From assembly GCA_007125585.1 (NCBI GenBank), contig SLCY01000023.1:1-60739 (forward strand): DNA of 60,739 bases, given 5' to 3'. This DNA comes from Bacteroidales bacterium (GTDB lineage: Bacteria > Bacteroidota > Bacteroidia > Bacteroidales > UBA7960). The position numbers and the translations under genes were made by a program. Under the pieces are notes generated by a model. That model saw only the letters and a program-made list of their open reading frames with translations, made no database searches and was not told the origin of the DNA. Shown piece after piece: positions 9,993-17,583 of the stretch; the first letter of the stretch is position 1; each line of letters opens with the position of its first letter.

Positions 9993-10559
9993 ATGGAACG
10001 TAAACAACATAAGCCCTCCAGTGGAAAGCTGCTGATCAGCGAGCCGGCATTGCGCGACTTTTATTTTGGTCGCAGTGTGGTATTGCTTGTAGAGCACAAT
10101 GCTCAAGAGGGAAGCATTGGTTTGATACTGAATAAACCCATCCACCTGAAGCTGAACCAGGTGGTGAAGGAGTTTCCCGACAATGAGTTTCCTTTGTTTC
10201 TTGGCGGTCCGGTTCATCCTGAAAGATTGTTTTATGTCCACACACTGGGCGACAAAGTACCGGGCAGCATTGAGATCATCACGGGACTATACTGGGGCGG
10301 GGAAATAAAAAAGCTCATGGAGTTAATCAGCCTGAAACTGGTGACCCCTGAAGAAGTAAGGTTTTTTATCGGATATTCCGGCTGGGAGCCCAAACAGCTG
10401 GAGCAGGAAATGGTGGAAAAGTCGTGGGTTGTGACCCAGTGCAGCCTGGAAACGGTTATGGAGCGTCATCCGGAAAAATTGTGGAGCAATATGCTCAAAG
10501 AGATGGGCAATGACTATGCTATATGGGCCAACTACCCTTCCGATCCCATATTGAACTGA
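9993..10559 (+). CDS. YqgE/AlgH family protein
   Basis: F.RSVVLLVEH, GLILNKP, GGPV, FIGYSGW and C-terminal WANYPSDP.LN. Confidence 0.9.
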   Translation: MERKQHKPSSGKLLISEPALRDFYFGRSVVLLVEHNAQEGSIGLILNKPIHLKLNQVVKEFPDNEFPLFLGGPVHPERLFYVHTLGDKVPGSIEIITGLYWGGEIKKLMELISLKLVTPEEVRFFIGYSGWEPKQLEQEMVEKSWVVTQCSLETVMERHPEKLWSNMLKEMGNDYAIWANYPSDPILN

Positions 10560-10603
10560 TTGCCCTTATAAGCCTTACCGGCTCCCCGGCCAATCCACAC
10601 TAC

Positions 10604-11107
10604 TCAAGTCCCGAAAACCAGTGAGATGATCTGATCCGGTTTGGCTGATTCCCCTTTGATGATACACTGCGAACGCATGTAGACGGGCTCACGTTCATCC
10701 AGTTTTTTACGAACCAGTTGGTACAGGTCTTTGCCTTTATGGCCTTCAATGACCGGTCTCGTCCTGCGGGAGTTTTCCAGGCGGTGGCTGAGGCTTACCG
10801 GGCTCATCTTCAGGTATACCGTCACGCCTTGCCCGTTCATAAAGTCCATATTGTCGAAATAATAAGGTGTGCCGCCACCGGTAGCGATCACCGCACGCGA
10901 AAGGTCTGTTGTTTTATGCAACACCTCCTGCTCCAGTTTGCGAAAGTATTCTTCCCCTTTCTCGGCAAAAAGTCCCGGGATGGTTCGTCCCGATTGTTTT
11001 TCCACCTCAGCATCTAGATCCAGGAAAGGGTATTCCAGTTTTTTTGCCAGGCGTCTGCCCAGGGAACTTTTCCCGCATCCCATGAATCCTACAAGGTAAA
11101 TGCGCAT
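10604..11107 (-). CDS. aroK: Shikimate kinase
   Basis: MRIYLVGFMGCGKS P-loop, DLD, GEEYFRKLE, ATGGG. True start is at 11107, inside the longer predicted ORF. TAAATTTG promoter box at 11123-11130 (minus). Confidence 0.93.
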   Translation of the reverse strand: MRIYLVGFMGCGKSSLGRRLAKKLEYPFLDLDAEVEKQSGRTIPGLFAEKGEEYFRKLEQEVLHKTTDLSRAVIATGGGTPYYFDNMDFMNGQGVTVYLKMSPVSLSHRLENSRRTRPVIEGHKGKDLYQLVRKKLDEREPVYMRSQCIIKGESAKPDQIISLVFGT

Positions 11108-11188
11108 CACATTGCTTTTCCGCAAATTTATAGCAAAATAATGAACGGTCTCCCTTCGACGTGCTAAAATCTTATATCTTTGGGGGGT

Positions 11189-12256
11189 ATGAAAAAGATC
11201 GTAACGGTGATCGGTGCTCGGCCGCAGTTCATCAAGGCGGCGCCGGTAAGCAGGGCCATAGAGGGTGAAAACAATCTTCAGGAGGTTATCCTGCATACAG
11301 GGCAGCACTTTGACGAGAACATGAGCCAGGTATTTTTCGATCAGATGGGGATCCCCCGCCCGGATCACCATCTGAACATTCACAGCCTGACGCATGGGGC
11401 CATGACAGGCCGTATGCTGGAAGGGATTGAGCGCATCCTGCTTCAGGAAGAGCCGGACTGGGTGATGGTATATGGTGATACCAACAGTACGCTTGCCGGT
11501 GCACTGGCTGCTTCCAAGCTGCATATCCCCCTGGCACACGTGGAAGCCGGATTGAGGTCATTCAACACCCGCATGCCCGAGGAGATCAACCGCATCCTTA
11601 CCGACAGGGTCAGTCAACTGCTGTTCTGTCCCACACCGGCAGCAATGAAGAACTTGTCGAAAGAAGGGTTTGATGCTTTTCCATGCCAGAAGATCAATAG
11701 CGGTGACGTCATGTACGATGCAACCCTTCTTTTCAGGGAAAAAGCAAGACGGCCCCGGCATGTGGAACTACCGGAAAAATTTGCCCTTGCCACCGTTCAC
11801 CGTGAGGAAAATACCACTCGGCACAAACAGCTGATGAACATCATCAGGGGACTGAACGATTTGGCTGATCAATGCCCGGTGGTACTTCCGATGCATCCGC
11901 GGACGCGCAAATTAACAGACGGTTCCGGCCTTCCTGCATTCTCCGGAAACATCATGGTCATCGACCCGGTGGGTTACCTGGAGGTCCTTTACCTCCTTCA
12001 GCATTGCCAGCTGGTCATAACCGACAGTGGTGGCATGCAGAAAGAAGCGTATTTTTTCAAAAAGCCGTGCATCACCCTTCGAAAAGAGACAGAATGGACA
12101 GAACTTGTAGAAGCAGGAACCAACAAGCTCTGTGGCAGTGATCCGGCACTTATCATGGAGGCTTTCCGGCAGTTCACATCCACGCCGCCCCGTTTTACCG
12201 GCGGCCTTTATGGAAAAGGAAATGCCTCAGCAATAATTGCCAGGGCATTTCTGTGA
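11189..12256 (+). CDS. wecB: UDP-N-acetylglucosamine 2-epimerase (non-hydrolysing)
   Basis: GARPQFIK, HTGQH, GDTNST, HVEAGLRS, PEEINR, TDSGG.QKEA. TATCTTTG box at 11175-11182. Confidence 0.92.
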   Translation: MKKIVTVIGARPQFIKAAPVSRAIEGENNLQEVILHTGQHFDENMSQVFFDQMGIPRPDHHLNIHSLTHGAMTGRMLEGIERILLQEEPDWVMVYGDTNSTLAGALAASKLHIPLAHVEAGLRSFNTRMPEEINRILTDRVSQLLFCPTPAAMKNLSKEGFDAFPCQKINSGDVMYDATLLFREKARRPRHVELPEKFALATVHREENTTRHKQLMNIIRGLNDLADQCPVVLPMHPRTRKLTDGSGLPAFSGNIMVIDPVGYLEVLYLLQHCQLVITDSGGMQKEAYFFKKPCITLRKETEWTELVEAGTNKLCGSDPALIMEAFRQFTSTPPRFTGGLYGKGNASAIIARAFL

Positions 12257-12305
12257 TGCGAAATGGTTGCCTTATACGCGTTGCATTTGCGTAGCAATAA
12301 GCATA

Positions 12306-13646
12306 TTATACGTAACCCTGTGCGATCATCGCATCGGCAACCTTAACGAAGCCACCTATGTTGGCCCCTCTCACATAATTGATGAAATCGCCTTCCTTTC
12401 CAAACTCTGAGCAAGTCTTATGGATATTGATCATGATGTTATGGAGGCGCTGGTCGACCTCTTCCCTTGTCCATGACATGCGCAGTGCGTTCTGGCTCAT
12501 CTCGAGGCCTGATGTGGCAACACCGCCGGCATTGGCTGCTTTGCCAGGGCCGTAAAGGATTTTATTGGCAAGGAATACCTCCACTGCTTCCGGTGTGGAA
12601 GGCATGTTGGCACCTTCCGATACGCAAATACAGCCGTTTTTCACCAGTTCTTTGGCTTCCTCTTCGTTCAGCTCATTTTCTGTGGCACAAGGTAGTGCTA
12701 TATCGCATTTTTCCATCCAGGGCCGGGCAACACCTTCAACATATTTGCATCCAAACTCATCGGCATACTCACGGATTCTTCCGCGCTTGATATTTTTCAG
12801 GTTTTTCACATAATGCAACCTTTCTGCATCTATGCCATCCTGGTCGTAAATATAGCCGTTGGAGTCAGAGAGTGTAACCACCTTGCCGCCCAGTTCGATC
12901 ACCTTCTCGGTGGCAAACTGTGCAACATTGCCGGAACCACTGATGGCGACTGTCTTGCCTTTGATCTCCTCGTTGATGGTGGCAAGCATTTCCTGGGCAA
13001 AATATACCGTACCGTAACCGGTGGCCTCCGGGCGGATCAGGCTGCCCCCGTATTCAAGTCCCTTGCCGGTAAATACACCGGTAAACTCATTTCGGATCCG
13101 TTTGTACTGACCGTACATGAACCCCACTTCCCGGCCCCCAACACCGATATCACCGGCGGGGACATCGGTATCCGGACCAATATGCCGGAAAAGCTCCGTC
13201 ATCAGGCTCTGGCAAAACCGCATCACCTCCACATCTGATTTTCCTTTGGGGTCAAAGTCACTTCCTCCTTTACCGCCGCCAAGAGGCAAAGAGGTAAGGC
13301 TGTTCTTAAACACCTGCTCGAAGGCCAGAAATTTCAATACCCCCAGGTCCACCGTTGGGTGAAACCGCATTCCGCCCTTGTAAGGCCCGATGGCACTGTT
13401 CATTTCAATACGGTAACCGCGGTTTATCTGTACCTCCCCCTGGTCATCTATCCAGGGGATTCGGAAGATCACCACCCGCTCAGGCTCTATCATCCGCTCA
13501 AAAACCTTTGCCGCTTTGTATTTGGGATTCTCTTCCAAAAAAGGAATGATGGTTTCAGCCACCTCTTTTACCGCCTGGTGAAATGCCGTTTCTGCCGGGT
13601 TTTTGGCCACTACATAATCCATAATTTTTTTCAGTTGTGCATCCAT
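12306..13646 (-). CDS. gdhA: Glutamate dehydrogenase, NADP(H)-type or dual-cofactor
   Basis: GPYKGG.RFHP, GGGKGG, DVPAGDIGVG, RPEATGYG, GSGNVA, and the SDS motif (TLSDSNG) as in NADP-dependent GdhA. Confidence 0.93.
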   Translation of the reverse strand: MDAQLKKIMDYVVAKNPAETAFHQAVKEVAETIIPFLEENPKYKAAKVFERMIEPERVVIFRIPWIDDQGEVQINRGYRIEMNSAIGPYKGGMRFHPTVDLGVLKFLAFEQVFKNSLTSLPLGGGKGGSDFDPKGKSDVEVMRFCQSLMTELFRHIGPDTDVPAGDIGVGGREVGFMYGQYKRIRNEFTGVFTGKGLEYGGSLIRPEATGYGTVYFAQEMLATINEEIKGKTVAISGSGNVAQFATEKVIELGGKVVTLSDSNGYIYDQDGIDAERLHYVKNLKNIKRGRIREYADEFGCKYVEGVARPWMEKCDIALPCATENELNEEEAKELVKNGCICVSEGANMPSTPEAVEVFLANKILYGPGKAANAGGVATSGLEMSQNALRMSWTREEVDQRLHNIMINIHKTCSEFGKEGDFINYVRGANIGGFVKVADAMIAQGYV

Positions 13647-13886
13647 TGTTGATTGTTTTATGAGTGAATAATAATGGTTGTTTCACAAAAACAATGTTAG
13701 CGTATTTTACTCTCCGCTCCATTTTTTAAAAAAAAGATATTTTTTTTCGATTTTTCTTGCATATGTCATTTTTTTTGTTATTGGAAGTTGGCCTGGGTTT
13801 GTGCGGGAACGGCATGTCGGGCGGCCAGGCTTTGCAACCATAGCGGAACAGATACAAAAGGATGTGTATAGATTGCGCATTATTTA

Positions 13887-13894
13887 TACTTTTG
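13887..13894 (+). promoter_or_regulatory. Candidate -7 box for the dikinase-like gene pair
   Basis: TACTTTTG, 43 nt upstream of the ATG at 13938. Confidence 0.45.
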
Positions 13895-13937
13895 GGTATT
13901 ATTTTGTATCTTCATGAATACGAAAATTGACCGGTAA

Positions 13938-16900
13938 ATGACTAAAGACGCACGTAGCGATTCCCGTTTAACTGAACTCAACCTGCAAAAGGTAGATATT
14001 GAGCAGCCGCTTGCCATCAGCCAGGAGGAGATAAAGAAGCTGTTGGCAGAAAAGAGAGAACGACTTAAGGAGCTGAGTGCCATTCATAAGATCACGGCCA
14101 TCCTCAAGGAAGAGAAGCCGATCCATGAGATGCTTCAAAAGATCGTCTTTATCCTTCCGTCCGCGTGGCAACATCCTGAAGATGCGATTGCCCGAATAAA
14201 ATACGGAGAAAAAACATTTGTCAGCAAGGCAGGATTAATCGAGACCAGGTGGGCACAACGCAAAACATTTGAAACCATCGACGGAACAGAAGGATGTCTG
14301 GAGATATTCTATCAGAAAGAGTTCCCTGAACAGGATGAGGGGCCGTTTTTCATCGAAGAACGCCATCTGCTCAATAATCTCAGCAGTTTGATCACAGGCC
14401 ACCTAAACACCCAGATCGGCAAAGATCTTCTCAAACAGTCTGCGAATCGTGAGGAAGAAACCGTGGAGGTTCAGCATGAGCGTTCCCATGCAGCCATGAG
14501 CCGTCAGCTGCTTCAAAAATTCCTTAACAAACATAATTCCGACCGCGACATATACCACGACCTGATGCAATACAAGGTCCGTGAGATCCTGCTGGTGGCA
14601 AACCTCTACGATGCCTATATCATTGAACAGGAGGGGCGCTTTTTTGAGCAGGTCACCGGCGAATACTATCAGCTGAATCTTTCTTCAGCACCCCGCATCA
14701 CCGGCGTTTCTACCCCTGAGGAAGCCCTTGAGAAGCTGCAGGAAAAGCATTTCGACCTGGTCATTGTTATGATGGGTGTGGAAAAGTCTACCCCCATTCA
14801 GTTGAGCCGTATCATCAAACAGATCTACCACAATATCCCCATCTTCATGCTGCTCAACAACAACTCCGACATTGCCCTGTTCGAAGATGGCACCAAACCG
14901 ATCACCTCCATCGACAAGGTGTTTGTGTGGAACGGCGACTCCAAGGTTTTCCTTGCCATGGTCAAGTATAATGAAGACAGGATGAATGTGGAAAACGACA
15001 TTCGCATCGGGATGGTACGGGTGATCCTTTTGGTGGAAGACTCGGCCAAATATTATTCACGGTACCTGCCCATTCTTTATTCCATCGTCATAGAGCAGAC
15101 ACAACATTTGATCGAGGAGGTCAACACCGACGAGCTGTACAAGCTGCTTAAGATGCGTGTACGACCCAAGGTGCTCCTTGCTTCCAATTATAATGAAGCA
15201 GTCAGTTTGTTTAACAAGTACAGGGATAACCTGCTGTGCCTTATTTCGGATGTCAAATTTGAGAAAGACAGGGTGATAGACCCTGAAGCAGGTTTGAAGC
15301 TGGTGAAATATACCAAGGAGATGGTGCCCAACCTGCCCGCCGTCCTGCAAAGCTCCGACCCGGAAAATGCAAATGAGGCCTATAAACTGCAGTGCACCTT
15401 TATCAACAAAAACTCCGAGACACTGAAACAGGACCTGCAGAGCTTCATCAATTATTACCTGGGTTTTGGTCATTTTATTTATAAGGATGAGGATGGACGG
15501 CGCGACCTTGCCGTAGCACGCTCCATGAAGGAGTTCCAGACACACCTGAGGACCATTCCTGAAAAATCACTGGTTTATCATGCCAAGAAGGATCACTTTT
15601 CTCACTGGCTGATGGCCCGCGGGGAAATACAAATCGCCAAGCGAATCAAACCCCTCAAGGTGGAAGATTTTGAGTCGCCCGGCAGTTTGCGCAATTACCT
15701 GATCAATGTTATTGAGCAGTGCATCCATGATAAACAGAAAGGCAAAGTGATCAATTATGAGGAGTCTGCCATTCTTGACGAGACCAATGTGGTAAGCATG
15801 TCGCCCGGATCACTTGGCGGCAAGGGCCGGGGCTTGTCATTCATCAACATGATCATCAACAGCTTCAACTTCAATGAGCTGGTGCCTGACATTCGCATCG
15901 GCACACCGAAAACTTCCATCATCGGCACCGAGGAATTTGAACGCTTCATCCAAAACAACAAGCTGTACGATGAGATATACAGCGAAACGGATTATGATAA
16001 GATCAAGGCACTTTTCCTTTCGGGTCATTTAACGCCAACACTGCGCAAACGACTGAAGAATTATCTGTCGGTCATAGATAAACCTCTTGCGATAAGGTCT
16101 TCCAGCCTATTTGAGGACTCGCTGATGCAGCCTTTTGCCGGGATCTTTGACACATTTTTATTGCCGAACAACCATCCCGACCTGAATGTGCGGCTTGAAC
16201 AGGTCATGAGCGCCATCAAGCTGGTCTATGCTTCTATATTCTCACCCACTGCACGATCCTATTTTAAAGCGGTCAACTACAAGATCGAAGAAGAGAAGAT
16301 GGCGGTGATTATCCAGGAGGTGGTTGGCAAGGAATACAACGGATGCTTTTATCCCCACATCAGTGGGGTGGCACAGTCATACAACTTTTACCCATACTCC
16401 TATATGAAGCCGGACGAAGGCTTCGCATCCATTGCGGTGGGCCTGGGCAAATACGTGGTTGAAGGCGAGAAGACCTACCGCTTCTCCCCCATCCATCCCC
16501 AACTGGAAATGTATACCCCGAAAGAATTGTTTAAAAACTCACAGGTCCACTTCTACGCTGTTGACCTGGCCAAAAACGATTTGAACCTTCTCGAAGGTGA
16601 AGATGCCGGACTGACCAAGCTGGAGATTGACAAGGCAGAACAACACGGTACCCTGAAACACTGTGCCTCTGTTTATGATTTTAACAGCGAACGGACCATT
16701 CCGGGCATCACCGATCCCGGGCCACGGGTGGTCAACTTTGCCAATATCCTTAAATACAACTATATCCCCCTGGCCAAAACCATAGAGGTGATCCTCGATA
16801 TCATCTCCGAATCAATGGGCACGCCAATAGAGATCGAATTTGCCATCGACCTGAACAAGGACAAGGAAGGCCGTGCCGGCTTTTACCTGTTGCAGATCAA

Positions 16901-17486
16901 GCCACTGATCAAAAATATCATTGAGACCGAGATCAACATCGACAAGATAGACAACGACCGGCTGCTTCTTTATAGTGAAAATGGGATGGGCAATGGGCGA
17001 ATCACCGATCTTTACGATTTGATCTACGTGGACCTTGACAAATTCGACAAACTCAAAACAGAAAAGGTAAAGGATGAGATTGACAAGTTAAACAGCTTGA
17101 TGGTGAAGGAGGACAGAAAGTACATCCTTGTCGGCCCGGGCAGGTGGGGCACCCGCGACCGGTTCATCGGTATTCCGGTCAACTGGTCACAGATATCCAA
17201 TGCTCGAATCATCGTGGAGATGAGCATGGAAGACTTTCCATTGGATGCCTCGCTGGGATCACATTTCTTCCATAATGTAATCTCTATGAATGTGGGCTAT
17301 TTCTCCGTGAAACACGACGACCTGATCGATTATATCAATTGGGAAAAGCTGAATGAGACCAAACTGGTCAACAAGACAAAGTTCCTGAGGCATGTACGTT
17401 TTAACCGGCCCCTGGAAGTGATCATGGACGGGAAGAAGCGCCATGCGTTGATCTATTTCTCCAACGATGGGGAAAACGAAAAATGA
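13938..17486 (+). CDS. Multidomain PPDK_N (PEP-synthase-type ATP-grasp) protein with GAF-like and receiver domains
   Basis: ATP-grasp motifs LGGKGRGL, LAIRSSSLFEDS..PFAG, MAVIIQEV, GLGKYVVEG, IEFA and LLQIKP. Receiver motifs ILLVED, ISD, LQSS and INK. N-terminal ERLKEL...WQHPE...EGPF..EE segment. Confidence 0.85.
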   Translation: MTKDARSDSRLTELNLQKVDIEQPLAISQEEIKKLLAEKRERLKELSAIHKITAILKEEKPIHEMLQKIVFILPSAWQHPEDAIARIKYGEKTFVSKAGLIETRWAQRKTFETIDGTEGCLEIFYQKEFPEQDEGPFFIEERHLLNNLSSLITGHLNTQIGKDLLKQSANREEETVEVQHERSHAAMSRQLLQKFLNKHNSDRDIYHDLMQYKVREILLVANLYDAYIIEQEGRFFEQVTGEYYQLNLSSAPRITGVSTPEEALEKLQEKHFDLVIVMMGVEKSTPIQLSRIIKQIYHNIPIFMLLNNNSDIALFEDGTKPITSIDKVFVWNGDSKVFLAMVKYNEDRMNVENDIRIGMVRVILLVEDSAKYYSRYLPILYSIVIEQTQHLIEEVNTDELYKLLKMRVRPKVLLASNYNEAVSLFNKYRDNLLCLISDVKFEKDRVIDPEAGLKLVKYTKEMVPNLPAVLQSSDPENANEAYKLQCTFINKNSETLKQDLQSFINYYLGFGHFIYKDEDGRRDLAVARSMKEFQTHLRTIPEKSLVYHAKKDHFSHWLMARGEIQIAKRIKPLKVEDFESPGSLRNYLINVIEQCIHDKQKGKVINYEESAILDETNVVSMSPGSLGGKGRGLSFINMIINSFNFNELVPDIRIGTPKTSIIGTEEFERFIQNNKLYDEIYSETDYDKIKALFLSGHLTPTLRKRLKNYLSVIDKPLAIRSSSLFEDSLMQPFAGIFDTFLLPNNHPDLNVRLEQVMSAIKLVYASIFSPTARSYFKAVNYKIEEEKMAVIIQEVVGKEYNGCFYPHISGVAQSYNFYPYSYMKPDEGFASIAVGLGKYVVEGEKTYRFSPIHPQLEMYTPKELFKNSQVHFYAVDLAKNDLNLLEGEDAGLTKLEIDKAEQHGTLKHCASVYDFNSERTIPGITDPGPRVVNFANILKYNYIPLAKTIEVILDIISESMGTPIEIEFAIDLNKDKEGRAGFYLLQIKPLIKNIIETEINIDKIDNDRLLLYSENGMGNGRITDLYDLIYVDLDKFDKLKTEKVKDEIDKLNSLMVKEDRKYILVGPGRWGTRDRFIGIPVNWSQISNARIIVEMSMEDFPLDASLGSHFFHNVISMNVGYFSVKHDDLIDYINWEKLNETKLVNKTKFLRHVRFNRPLEVIMDGKKRHALIYFSNDGENEK

Positions 17487-17583
17487 AAATGGCAGACGAC
17501 TTTCTGCTGCAGGTCCTTGAAAGAGGCATGACGCCAGACTGTCAGATGCAACTGCGGTACAACAAGAAGAAAGTGATACGGGA

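Noticed and set aside
11108-11539. 144-aa N-terminal extension of shikimate kinase in the ORF track
   Set aside because: It is mostly the antisense of wecB. The kinase begins at 11107 and has its own promoter box.
11189-12256. Polysaccharide biosynthesis island (wecB here, wbqC at 33174-33860)
   Set aside because: Both genes stand alone among housekeeping genes, with no glycosyltransferase, flippase or polymerase nearby.
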